Origin: a virus
Lineage: Duplodnaviria; Caudoviricetes
IMG/VR virus record: IMGVR_UViG_3300025389_000011
Direction: 5' to 3' (one strand)
Length of the DNA: 64,000 bases
Part shown: positions 6,080 to 15,921 of the stretch, in pieces
Position numbering within the stretch: position 1 is the first letter of the stretch
Layout: every line of letters starts with the position of its first letter
Notes under the pieces: model-generated
The model's database searches: none
Seen by the model: the letters and a program-made list of their open reading frames with translations, nothing else
Told to the model about the DNA's origin: nothing
Position numbers and translations under genes: made by a program

Positions 6080-7978
6080 TTATTTTCCTTTATATTGCTG
6101 GTCTACCATCTCTTGATGTAGTCTGTCGCTTGATAACTGTCTTAATGCTCTTACGTTATCAATCGTTGTTTGATTTTTATAAATTTCTTTTGGTTCATAA
6201 AAAGCCGCATCTTTCAAACTAAACCCATACATATCGTATCCAGCTGGTTGTGTTGCCATTAATGCTATACTTACACCATTGGCTGCTAAATCATTTGGTT
6301 CAACATTCTTTTTAACTGTATCTGTCTTTTGTTCTACTGTTGTAGTTTGTATTTCGGGTCTAACTTGATTAATGGGATCAGTAGGATCACCTGCTAATTT
6401 TGAAGTAGCAGTTGCACTTGATGTTAATGTAGGTGAAACTAAATTTAATGCACCTAAATCTGATTTTAATTGCATAGCCTGTAACGATAATGCTTGTTGC
6501 TGTTGCGTTTGTTGTACTGCTTGTTGTGTACTTTGTTGTTGGTTAGCAAAAACTAGTGGTTGTGAACTTAATGCAGTACTTGTACTTGCAGTTACTGGTC
6601 CTAAATTTTTACTTGTAATACTATTATTCACTACAGAATTTTGTGCCTTATAAGGGTTTAGTGCATCTACAGTTGAACCCTGTGCTTGTGACTGTGATGA
6701 AGTATCTTGCGTTGTGGCATTAACTGAATTTTGTGCATTCATGTTGTCTAAGATTTGCATTGCCAAATCTTGTTGTTTGTTGTTCGAACCCGGTTGGCCA
6801 GGCTGTTGAGGACCGGGTTTATTTTCATTTGTACCCCCTGGCTGAGGGCCAGTCTTTTGCTGTTGATTTTGTTGTGTATTAGTAGTTGCTTTAGCTTGTT
6901 GTGCAGATGTTTGTTGGCTAGATCCTGTTTTAGCTTGTTGTGTAACTGATTGTTGATTATTTGCAGAACCTGCTTGTTGTACAGGACTATTACTTGGACC
7001 CACAATAGGTCCAGCTGGTGTTGGCTGTGATTGTGTAGTTGTCGTTTGTGATTGCTGTGTAGTTTGTGTGCTACTTGTATTACTAGAATTACTATTTGAA
7101 ACAATTGCAGGAACACTATTACCTAAAGTATTGATATTTCCTGTACCAGAAATGCTTACACTTCCCACTGTTTGTGAGCCTGTGGATTTATTATCTGTAC
7201 TACTTGTGTCTGTTGTTGCGGCAGCTGTAAAAGTTGCAGTTGATTGGCTGGCAGCTTGTGTTGCTTGATTAGAGACTGTTGTTCCGGGATTAACAGTACC
7301 ACTAGATGAAGTTTCTGCTATACCGTAATTCAAACTTAAACTAGGGTCACGTACTCTTGGACCATAATAACCTGCCCAATATCTATCATCTTGGCCCGCA
7401 AATGCTACAGTTAAACTTCCTAAACTACTTGCTGAATAAATTGAATTAAAATTTTGTGTTCCTGAAATTGTTTGGAAATTATAATTTCCAGTTAGATTCA
7501 TTTTGTAGCTTTCTAACACGCTACCTGTGTTACTGGTTAACCCATAACCGGCATATAAAGTACCTGAAGTTTGCCCCTCATTATCAACAATAAAACTATA
7601 ATTAAATCCACTCACATAAATATTATTTCCTTTACCTGCTAATGCCGTACTGATTGCAATTGCTTGTTGTGCTATACCAAACCCATAACTAAAACGTATA
7701 GTGTTAGTATCTTGGTTCATAGCTGGATTAGGTCCACCACTACAACATTGACCTACCCCTGCATTATTAGTATACGTAATGCCGGACCATCCTGTTTTGT
7801 TGATAAGATTATCTGTAGTTGCCGTACTACTTAGAACCGGTGTTATTGATGAGGTATTTTGCCCAGTAACATTTGAAGTGGTATTTACCACTCCAGTGGT
7901 TAAATCAACTAGTACTTGGCTATTAGAATAACTTGTACACAAGAGCACCAAGCAAAGCGCCAAGGCCAATCTTTTCAT
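6080..7978 (-). CDS. Secreted protein: N-terminal beta domain, long Q/T/S/N linker, compact C-terminal domain
   Basis: Signal peptide from MKRLALALCLVLLC (ATG 7978; the track's start at 8002 adds basic residues). Low-complexity Q-rich centre. Confidence 0.75.
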   Translation of the reverse strand: MKRLALALCLVLLCTSYSNSQVLVDLTTGVVNTTSNVTGQNTSSITPVLSSTATTDNLINKTGWSGITYTNNAGVGQCCSGGPNPAMNQDTNTIRFSYGFGIAQQAIAISTALAGKGNNIYVSGFNYSFIVDNEGQTSGTLYAGYGLTSNTGSVLESYKMNLTGNYNFQTISGTQNFNSIYSASSLGSLTVAFAGQDDRYWAGYYGPRVRDPSLSLNYGIAETSSSGTVNPGTTVSNQATQAASQSTATFTAAATTDTSSTDNKSTGSQTVGSVSISGTGNINTLGNSVPAIVSNSNSSNTSSTQTTQQSQTTTTQSQPTPAGPIVGPSNSPVQQAGSANNQQSVTQQAKTGSSQQTSAQQAKATTNTQQNQQQKTGPQPGGTNENKPGPQQPGQPGSNNKQQDLAMQILDNMNAQNSVNATTQDTSSQSQAQGSTVDALNPYKAQNSVVNNSITSKNLGPVTASTSTALSSQPLVFANQQQSTQQAVQQTQQQQALSLQAMQLKSDLGALNLVSPTLTSSATATSKLAGDPTDPINQVRPEIQTTTVEQKTDTVKKNVEPNDLAANGVSIALMATQPAGYDMYGFSLKDAAFYEPKEIYKNQTTIDNVRALRQLSSDRLHQEMVDQQYKGK

Positions 7979-9050
7979 AAGTGTCATCCTTTTTCGCCTC
8001 ATCTAATTTTGGCATCTTTTGAGAATTTTCTTCCCAAGCTGCCTTAGCCTGTTCACCAATCTTACCTTCGTATGGGCAAGGTGTACCTGCCTGCATCATA
8101 GCATCAAACACACGACGGTCTTGACACATAGTAGCAACTGCGGCAACTTTCATACCCATGTCATATAGTGTTTTAGATAATTTTAATCTTTCACAATTCA
8201 TATCACGAACTGTGCCACCACTACTTACCCCAAATACTTGTGTTTGTACTGAACCAGATGAACCAGTTGTACACAAATCTTGATTACCACCGCTCATCAT
8301 AGCAGGGGCAACTGCTGTTGGTGGAGGTTGAATCACACGTTGTGTAATATCACTTGTATTGATATTGTTGTTAGTCATACTACCACTTTGTATATTTTGA
8401 TTAACATTATTGTTACTACTACTTGTGGTAGCAGTTGTTTGGTTAATGTTATTGTTTGTAGCAGTAGTTGTATTAACGTTGTTGTTATTGTTTGTTAATG
8501 TGCCACTTTGTACATTATTGTTATTATAAGTCATAGTACCGCTGTTAACATTGTTATTTGTATTAACGTTAGTACTCGTTGATGCTGAAGTATTAACGTT
8601 ATTATTGTTATTAGTCATTGTACCATAGTTATAATTTGTGTTAGTAGCAGTACTAGTACTTGTATTAACGTTATTGTTATTGTTCGTCATGGTACCTGTA
8701 TTGACATTGTTATTATTATATGTCATAGTACCAGAGTTAACGTTATTATTGTTATACGTCATTGTACCCGTATTAACATTATTGTTGTTATTGGTATTTG
8801 TTGCCGTTGAGGTACTAACATTGTTATTATTGTTAGTATTCGTAGACGTTTGATTTGCGTTAACCGTAGTTTGGTTAACGTTAGTAACAGTTCCACTATT
8901 AATTGTGTTTACTGTACTAGTACTTGTGCTGTTACTATCTACTAATGAACTAGTAGTATACCCACCCTGATTAATCAAGGTGTCTGCAAAAACATATGGC
9001 CCACACAGGTAAGCAAGGAGTATCCCCCCTGCGAGAATTCTTTTTATCAT
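7923..9050 (-). CDS. Secreted/membrane protein with Asn-rich repeats and a 4-Cys C-terminal domain
   Basis: Signal peptide MIKRILAGGILLAYLCGPYVFA, N-rich repeats, C-terminal CTTG...NCERLK...MCQD...PCP domain, terminal hydrophobic tail. SD AGAGGA. Confidence 0.8.
   Translation of the reverse strand: MIKRILAGGILLAYLCGPYVFADTLINQGGYTTSSLVDSNSTSTSTVNTINSGTVTNVNQTTVNANQTSTNTNNNNNVSTSTATNTNNNNNVNTGTMTYNNNNVNSGTMTYNNNNVNTGTMTNNNNNVNTSTSTATNTNYNYGTMTNNNNNVNTSASTSTNVNTNNNVNSGTMTYNNNNVQSGTLTNNNNNVNTTTATNNNINQTTATTSSSNNNVNQNIQSGSMTNNNINTSDITQRVIQPPPTAVAPAMMSGGNQDLCTTGSSGSVQTQVFGVSSGGTVRDMNCERLKLSKTLYDMGMKVAAVATMCQDRRVFDAMMQAGTPCPYEGKIGEQAKAAWEENSQKMPKLDEAKKDDTYEKIGLGALLGALVYKLF
8370..8850 (-). repeat. 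Coding tandem repeats, ~12-aa unit NNNNVN(T/S)GTMT(Y/N)
   Basis: Unit visible in protein and DNA (36-nt period around 8690-8800), interspersed with NNNNVNTSTST variants. Confidence 0.9.
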
Positions 9051-9091
9051 AACTGATCCTCTCTAATGGTTGTTTAATACAACTCTAAGAG

Positions 9092-9098
9092 TATTTAT
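9092..9098 (-). promoter_or_regulatory. Late-type promoter ATAAATA heading the 9050-5340 operon
   Basis: GATAAATA in the intergenic gap upstream of the SD and ATG at 9050. Confidence 0.55.
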
Positions 9099-9118
9099 CA
9101 GTCATTAGAGAAAAACCG

Positions 9119-12100
9119 TTATAAATCAATACTTTGTTGATAAATGTTAAATAACCATTCCCAGTCGTAACTTAACATTAATTTTTGCAAGTCTCCGCCC
9201 ACTGAGTCATAGTAATCCATAGCATCATGTGCGCCTTTTTTGCTTTCTTCACCAAAATTACCGTTACCAATATTTAACCAAGCATGTAAACGTTCTTTAT
9301 TTTCATCAGTGCCACTATGTCTTAGTTTGATTGTTTCACGGAAAGCAGTACGCCAAGTGTCCCATGCGCTAGAATTATACATAGCGATACCACAGTTTAA
9401 TGGGACTACTTCGTGTTCACTATCCAATGTAAAGTCTAACCCTCTTACTTTGGTGTTAAGAGTTAATATTTTATTGTTAGCAACAATAGCTTGGTGACCA
9501 TATTCTAATCCATTTACGGGATTAGTTGCATTAAAGATATAGTGTTTTGGTATTTGTAACCTGTCAGGCTGCCAACTAAAATCAAATGTTTTATTCACTT
9601 TTAATTTTGCGTTAACTAAGAAATACCATGGTGTTGATGAGTTATACGCCGCAGTATGTTGACTAAGTACACGACCTTTAATATTGTCCAAACGTATTAC
9701 TTTATTACCTAAGTTTTTAGTAACACTTAACAAATGCTCATAATTTGCATCAGCACATGCTTCACCATTACTTAAAAAGATAATATCTAACGGATTAGAT
9801 TTTAATAACTTAGGTGACCTAGTGATATAAGGATAATCATATAACTCACGCTCAACATAATTTTTAGCCTCACTAGGGACTGTAATTCTAGTGCCGCCAG
9901 TACTTTTAATAACAATGTTTTTGTGGTCAGGTGCCCATAAACTTATAGGTTCATTTTCATCTTTTAGATTGATTAAGTTTTCATTATCACCTGTAATAAA
10001 CTCTGCATACGGAAATGTAAAGTCATAGTTAGACAACTCAACGTGGGTATCTTCTTTTACCAATATAACTGGAGCAGATAGTCGTTTAACACGTTGATGT
10101 TGATTGAAGTTAACTTTTTCATAATCCTCTAGTCTAATCATATCATTAACAAGACTTAAAAATTTATTAACATCTACTAAGAACGTATCACCAAACTTTT
10201 GCTTGTCGCTAGGGAACACATGCAGTTGATCCTTAGCATATGGATCGCAAATATAACTAAAATCAAAATCTTTATAGTCACAAATGCTACTGCAAATCCA
10301 AACATAATGTTCTTTTTTAGTTTCTAATGTCTTTAAATAGTTTTTAAGTGTCTGTAAGTAACTGTTATCAAACTTAATGATAGTTGTTGGCTTAAGAGTT
10401 TTTTCAACGATAGTGTCATTTACAGCCCTGAATTCTTTTTTAAAGTTTCCATGATTACCATGGTCTATTAACACAACATCATACAAACAATCAGTGGCTA
10501 CTGCTATTTTCTTTTTAACAAAATTCAATACATTCAAGTGTTCAATCACTTTTACATATTTTGTATCTTCAGGGAATGTTTCTTTGTTTACCATGAATGT
10601 AGTTCCCCAATGACTCCATTGAGTTCCAAATACATGCACCATTTTCATTTGCCATGGGCTAGGATAAAAGTCAAATTGAAAATCAGTATAGTCTAACTCG
10701 CTGTTCAATATCCAACATAAATTGGTTTCCGATTTAGTTAAACAACGAGTGATGGTGTCTACCCAGCTGTTTAAATAACGTGTTTTTTGAATTTGCGGAT
10801 ATCTTAATTTGAGTGCGTTATATCTGTTTGTTGACTCAAGATTACCCCTATCCACAAAGAACATACTTAAGTTACTATCAATTTCTACTGTTTGACTGTC
10901 AACGTAATTATATTCACGGTGACCTAACATGTACATAGGAGCGTTAACATAGTATGTCTGTGTGTTCATACTATATTCATTACCAAATACATTTATGTGT
11001 AGAAAGTTTTCTTCGTTAGGTCTCCAACTAAAGTCAAACTTATCGTAACTTAAGTCAGGATTGATAGCCCAAAACACCTCATCTTGATGCTCATTAATTA
11101 AATCCTCAAGTGTTGTTTTAATCTTGTAATGTTTTACAATACTACGTGTGATTTCTTCAGTACGTTTCATAAAAACAACTTCGGCATCTTTTAGTACGTC
11201 AGGGTCTGCGTATCTGGGTCCGTTATCTTCCCACTGATAAATTTGCAACGGGCTATGTGGATTGGGTCTCCAACTAAAATCAAACGTTTCTAAATCATCA
11301 TTGTTACTAATATGCCAATACTTTAAGTCTGGTCTTGGTGTAGCTACAATATCTTTAATGTACTTGAATTCTGTAGCACCCTCTACATAGTATTCTAATG
11401 TGGCTTCAACTGTGGCGTCATTCCATTTGTTTCCAAACACATAGATATAAGGAGGATCCATTGGATCAGGTCTCCAACTATAATCAAAACTTTCTACAGG
11501 AATTAATGTTTTCCATTTGCTCATGTCAGGCAACGTTGATGCTACTTTGTCATGCATGTATTTCTTTTCAGTAGCACCTGGGCAATGATACTCTACTGTT
11601 GGTTCAAATTCTGCGCTGTTAAACTTATTACCCCATACATAAATGAATGCTGGTTCACGTGGGTCAGGTCTCCACTTAAAGTCAAAACTATTTTTATTTA
11701 CTGGAATAAGAATATTCCATTTATCCCATTCAGGTTGCACATCAACTTCACCGATATACTTGCGTTCAGTAGCGCCCGGGCAATGATACTCTAATGTAGC
11801 CTGTAACTCAGCGTTGATATATTTGTTACCCCACACATAGATGTAATCAGGCTCACGTGGATCTGGTCTCCAACTAAAATCAAAATTTTCTACGTTTTGT
11901 AGTATCTTCCAATTTTCTATAATAGGCAATACTTCAGCAGGTTCTGCCATGTATTTCTTTTCAGTAGCACCGGGGCAACGATATTCTATTGTTGGTTGTA
12001 GTTCTCCAGCAATCCATTTGTTACCCCATACATAAATGTATGCTGGTTCTCTTGGATCAGGTCTCCAACTCATATCAAACTTGTTTCTGTCTACAGGTTG

Positions 12101-14431
12101 ATATTCTATCCAACGTTCATATTGAGGGACAACTTCAACATCGCCCATGTACTTGCGTTCACTTGCTCCTAGACAATGGTATTCTATTGTGGGCTGTAAT
12201 TCACCTGCAATCCATTTATTACCCCATACATAAATGTACGCTGGTTCTCTTGGGTCGGGACGCCATGTCATATCAAAGTCTACAGGTTCTTGATAAACAC
12301 GCCACAACTCTTGTTCAGGTAATACTTCAACATCACCCATATATTTGCGCTCAGTTGCGCCTGGATAATGATATTCTATTGTAGATTTTAATTCACCGGG
12401 TATCCATTTATTACCCCATACATAAATGTATGCTGGTTCACGTGGATCTGGGCGCCATGTCAAGTCAAATTTCTTTATATCAATTGCCTGAACCATTGTC
12501 CATCGTTCAAATTCAGGTACCACTTCTAATAGTTCTTCCATAAATTTGTATTCTGTTGCACCTTCAACAATATATTCAAGTGTGGGAATAATATTCCCTG
12601 GCACATGTTTGTTACCCCATACATAAATATAGGGAGGGCTTGTTGGATCCGGTCTCCATGTCATGTCAAATTTAGTTTTATCAACTTCTGAAGGATGTAG
12701 TTTCCAATTCTTACTAACAGCCAATTTAACATCTTGCGACATGTGTTTGATTTGTGTTGCACCTGGTACAATATATTCTACAGTGGGTTTTAATTCACTA
12801 CTATAATGTTTATTGCCCCATTGGTAAATGTATGGTTCTTCAGTTGCATCAGGATGCCAGCTATAATCAAAATCTAACACATCTTCATGTGTTACCCAAT
12901 TTTCTGTTGTTGATTGAGCAATTGCTTTAATCGTGTCAACATACTTGATAGGCGAATCCATAGTGCATCCAACAGCAGTAAAGATAGGTCCACCTGTTTT
13001 TTGATGCTGTGTACCAAACTGATATATCATTGGTTCATCTTGTATATCAGGATGCCAACTAAAATCAAAACCTTCTGTGATACAGCCTTCAGGTATTGCC
13101 CAATGATCCATATCAACTTTGGCAGTTGCTGTCTGTACATCAATATACTTAAACTCAGTTGCACCCTCTACAACAAAGCGTGGTCCACCTGAATGTTGCC
13201 ATTGACTTGGAAACTGATAGATATATGGATCTTCTGTTAAGTCTGGATGCCAACTAAAGTCAAACGTACTTCTATCAATGTTCATTGGAATTTGCCAATT
13301 TAAAAATTGATAGCAAACCACTAGTGATACCGGATTATCAACATATTTTAACTCAGTAGCACCTTCAATATAGTATTGTGGGCCATCTGTTTTTTGCCAT
13401 TGTGTTCCAAATTGATATACATAGGGAGGGTCATTGGGATTTGGTTCCCAACTATAATCAAAGCTACCTTCTGCAACGTGTACAGGTACTCGCCAATTAT
13501 CCATACAAGGTAAACGTATTGCACGTTCTTCCATGTACTTGATTTCTGTTGCGCCTTCTACAACATATCTAACACTTGCTTTATCTTCTGGCTTATTCCA
13601 TTGATTGCCCCATACATAAATGTAGGGAGGACTTGTTGGATCGGGTACCCAACTAAAATTAAATGCCAACTTATCAATATCTTCTAGTATTTCAAAATCT
13701 TCTGGTCTACGTACTAATTCAGGAGTAAAGTCATCAATATACTTACGTTCGGTGGCACCTTCTACATGAAACTCAATCGTTGGCATAATTGTGCCAGGGT
13801 ATTGATTGTTACCAAACACATAGATATAAGGAGGGCTAGTTGGATCAGGTACCCAACTAAAATCAAATTTAATAACTGGATGTATTATTTTAAATAGTCT
13901 TGGACTTTGTGCAAGTATTGCTATTTTGTCTATAACATATTTTCTATTGATAGCACCGGGTACATGATATTCTACCGTTGGCATGATAGCACCACTGTGC
14001 CATTGATTACCAAACACATAGATATAGGGAGGGTCACTGGGATCAGGATGCCACTTAAAATCAAACTGCTCTCTATCAATATTTTCTAGTATCTTCCAAT
14101 TTTTACTTATTTCTAATTCTTTGAATTGTAGAGGGTCTACATCAGCCCTGTAAACCATTAAATAATCACTACGATTAGGACACAACCATGTACCACTGTC
14201 TTTTTGATATTGACTGGGCCAGACATTAATATGATCTTGTGCCCATACATCTTCATCTGGTAATAACTCAAAATCAAAGTCCCAGTCAAAGTCACGATAA
14301 TCACACCGTTCGTTGATTATCCAAAAATGTTCTGTAGTGGCCTGTGATAATGCATCTTCAAATGAAGTTGCATGTTTTTCTCTAGGGTGGGCGTTTGGTT
14401 TTTCGCCATAGTAAAATACATCTCTTAGCAT
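9119..14431 (-). CDS. 1770-aa repeat protein with degenerate GT-A-like domains
   Basis: About 15 repeats FD(F/M)(S/T)WxPDPxxPxYIYVWGNKW...PGATExKY. The C-terminal domain aligns by eye with 36550-37503 (DIIFLS, H-x-AA, NGLxYG, WRxxFRExxK), but its DxD position reads NAK. Confidence 0.85.
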   Translation of the reverse strand: MLRDVFYYGEKPNAHPREKHATSFEDALSQATTEHFWIINERCDYRDFDWDFDFELLPDEDVWAQDHINVWPSQYQKDSGTWLCPNRSDYLMVYRADVDPLQFKELEISKNWKILENIDREQFDFKWHPDPSDPPYIYVFGNQWHSGAIMPTVEYHVPGAINRKYVIDKIAILAQSPRLFKIIHPVIKFDFSWVPDPTSPPYIYVFGNNQYPGTIMPTIEFHVEGATERKYIDDFTPELVRRPEDFEILEDIDKLAFNFSWVPDPTSPPYIYVWGNQWNKPEDKASVRYVVEGATEIKYMEERAIRLPCMDNWRVPVHVAEGSFDYSWEPNPNDPPYVYQFGTQWQKTDGPQYYIEGATELKYVDNPVSLVVCYQFLNWQIPMNIDRSTFDFSWHPDLTEDPYIYQFPSQWQHSGGPRFVVEGATEFKYIDVQTATAKVDMDHWAIPEGCITEGFDFSWHPDIQDEPMIYQFGTQHQKTGGPIFTAVGCTMDSPIKYVDTIKAIAQSTTENWVTHEDVLDFDYSWHPDATEEPYIYQWGNKHYSSELKPTVEYIVPGATQIKHMSQDVKLAVSKNWKLHPSEVDKTKFDMTWRPDPTSPPYIYVWGNKHVPGNIIPTLEYIVEGATEYKFMEELLEVVPEFERWTMVQAIDIKKFDLTWRPDPREPAYIYVWGNKWIPGELKSTIEYHYPGATERKYMGDVEVLPEQELWRVYQEPVDFDMTWRPDPREPAYIYVWGNKWIAGELQPTIEYHCLGASERKYMGDVEVVPQYERWIEYQPVDRNKFDMSWRPDPREPAYIYVWGNKWIAGELQPTIEYRCPGATEKKYMAEPAEVLPIIENWKILQNVENFDFSWRPDPREPDYIYVWGNKYINAELQATLEYHCPGATERKYIGEVDVQPEWDKWNILIPVNKNSFDFKWRPDPREPAFIYVWGNKFNSAEFEPTVEYHCPGATEKKYMHDKVASTLPDMSKWKTLIPVESFDYSWRPDPMDPPYIYVFGNKWNDATVEATLEYYVEGATEFKYIKDIVATPRPDLKYWHISNNDDLETFDFSWRPNPHSPLQIYQWEDNGPRYADPDVLKDAEVVFMKRTEEITRSIVKHYKIKTTLEDLINEHQDEVFWAINPDLSYDKFDFSWRPNEENFLHINVFGNEYSMNTQTYYVNAPMYMLGHREYNYVDSQTVEIDSNLSMFFVDRGNLESTNRYNALKLRYPQIQKTRYLNSWVDTITRCLTKSETNLCWILNSELDYTDFQFDFYPSPWQMKMVHVFGTQWSHWGTTFMVNKETFPEDTKYVKVIEHLNVLNFVKKKIAVATDCLYDVVLIDHGNHGNFKKEFRAVNDTIVEKTLKPTTIIKFDNSYLQTLKNYLKTLETKKEHYVWICSSICDYKDFDFSYICDPYAKDQLHVFPSDKQKFGDTFLVDVNKFLSLVNDMIRLEDYEKVNFNQHQRVKRLSAPVILVKEDTHVELSNYDFTFPYAEFITGDNENLINLKDENEPISLWAPDHKNIVIKSTGGTRITVPSEAKNYVERELYDYPYITRSPKLLKSNPLDIIFLSNGEACADANYEHLLSVTKNLGNKVIRLDNIKGRVLSQHTAAYNSSTPWYFLVNAKLKVNKTFDFSWQPDRLQIPKHYIFNATNPVNGLEYGHQAIVANNKILTLNTKVRGLDFTLDSEHEVVPLNCGIAMYNSSAWDTWRTAFRETIKLRHSGTDENKERLHAWLNIGNGNFGEESKKGAHDAMDYYDSVGGDLQKLMLSYDWEWLFNIYQQSIDL
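11200..14110 (-). repeat. About 15 tandem ~65-aa (~195-nt) W/D/P-rich coding repeats
   Basis: FDxxWxP(D/N) motif counted 15 times. The central copies (about 11600-12650) are near-identical in DNA (accccatacataaatgtatgctggttc). Confidence 0.9.
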
Positions 14432-14436
14432 ATTAC

Positions 14437-14443
14437 TACTTAT
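14437..14443 (-). promoter_or_regulatory. Late-type promoter variant ATAAGTA, 5 nt before the ATG of the 1770-aa gene
   Basis: ATAAGTA-GTAAT-ATG with no SD; same spacing as at 2938 and 42804. Confidence 0.45.
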
Positions 14444-15921
14444 GAAAGTACTGTTATACCATAAAGTTTTTCAAATCTATCTGCATCATTACGGTCATTG
14501 ACCATGGGCTCACCACGTATGTTTAAACTTGTGTTTAATAACATAGGGCAACCGGTTAGTACATACCATTTTTCGAGTAGTTCTCGAATACCTGATCCAT
14601 CTTTAGGAACAGTTTGGATACGACTAGTGCCGTCATGATGAACGATAGCAGGAAATAAGTCAGGATACCTACAAGTACCGACGACTTGCATATACCTACT
14701 GTTATGCCAATTGAGAGGCATAGTAAAATAATCATTAACATACTCTTCCAGAATAACTGGGGCAAATGGTCTAAATTTTTGTCTACGTTTGATTTCATTT
14801 ACTTTATCCTTAATTTCATTTCCTCTAGGGTCTGCTAATAAACTACGATTGCCTAACGCTCTTGGTCCAAACTCTGCTCGTCCGTTTGCAACTCCCACGA
14901 TTTTACCATTAAGTAAAATATCAAGCAACTTGTTAGTAGGATAAGCCCCGGTAATATCAGTACCGAGAAAAGCATTATTCCAATTAACACGCTTACTATA
15001 ACCCAAGCCGGCACTGCCAAGACTATTCCCAGCATCGCCAGGATTAGGCATAATCCAAATGTTTTCATAGTATTTTCCTAAAATTCTATTTGCTACACAA
15101 TTAAGTGCTACTCCCCCACCATATACCAAATTTTTACTTGGTCCCAACACCTTTGCAAGTGTCACCACATTGGTTATTAATTGTTCAGTTAGCAACTGAG
15201 TACTTGTTGCCAAATCCATTGGATCAGCATTATGTATAAATTCTTTATCAACACCCGTGTGTAAATTTTCTTTAAATGTTATTGTAAGACTATCTTGTAG
15301 TAACTGTCTATGTAACTGGGCATAGTGTTTATTTTCACCATATGCTGCCATACCCATAAAAATATATTCTTCTTCGTTGGCTTTTAACCCAACGCTATCA
15401 GTCATGGCACTATAAAACAAACCAATACTATGTGGGTATTTTTTACCCCATAATTTTTTATATGTTGCAACACCATTAACATAACGTGCGTCCCAAATAC
15501 TTATAGTATCAAACTCACCTATCGCATCAATTACAACAACGGTTGCATCAACAAAACTGCTTGTTTGAAATCCACCAGCCGCATGACACAAATGATGTCC
15601 ATGTGTATGTATCTTTTTATTACCTAATAACTTCATATTTTCCTTGCCAATGATGTTACTAGCAAACAAACTACTAAGTTTAGGTTGTTCCCCGCTACGC
15701 AATTGTCTTAGAAATTTAATGGTAGGACGTTCATAGTAGTGCAATTCATAATCACCCTTAACATATGATAGTGCATCTAATATCAATTCACGATTTAAGT
15801 CTTTATCGTTTTTGATTTTACTATAGCGTTCGCTATGACCAGCGAACAAAATATTACCACTATCATCTATTACACTCAATGCACCATCATGAAATCCACA
15901 ACTAATGCCTATGTAGTTCAT
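14440..15921 (-). CDS. O-carbamoyltransferase, NodU/CmcH/TobZ family
   Basis: GISCGFHDGA, SERYSKIKND, HHLCHAA, VIDAIGE, EEYIFMGMAAYG, GGGVALNCVAN, GRAEFGPRALGNRSLLADP, RQKFRPFAP, LNTSLNIRGEP. Start taken at MNYIGIS (ATGA overlap with upstream gene). Confidence 0.92.
   Translation of the reverse strand: MNYIGISCGFHDGALSVIDDSGNILFAGHSERYSKIKNDKDLNRELILDALSYVKGDYELHYYERPTIKFLRQLRSGEQPKLSSLFASNIIGKENMKLLGNKKIHTHGHHLCHAAGGFQTSSFVDATVVVIDAIGEFDTISIWDARYVNGVATYKKLWGKKYPHSIGLFYSAMTDSVGLKANEEEYIFMGMAAYGENKHYAQLHRQLLQDSLTITFKENLHTGVDKEFIHNADPMDLATSTQLLTEQLITNVVTLAKVLGPSKNLVYGGGVALNCVANRILGKYYENIWIMPNPGDAGNSLGSAGLGYSKRVNWNNAFLGTDITGAYPTNKLLDILLNGKIVGVANGRAEFGPRALGNRSLLADPRGNEIKDKVNEIKRRQKFRPFAPVILEEYVNDYFTMPLNWHNSRYMQVVGTCRYPDLFPAIVHHDGTSRIQTVPKDGSGIRELLEKWYVLTGCPMLLNTSLNIRGEPMVNDRNDADRFEKLYGITVLS

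Noticed and set aside
7979-8002. Longer start for the 640-aa ORF
   Set aside because: MKRLALAL at 7978 gives a normal signal peptide and less overlap with the upstream gene.
11200-14110. CRISPR array or DGR template/variable repeats
   Set aside because: The repeats are in-frame coding units of ~195 nt that differ mostly at synonymous sites, not adenine-specifically. No unique spacers, cas genes or RT seen.
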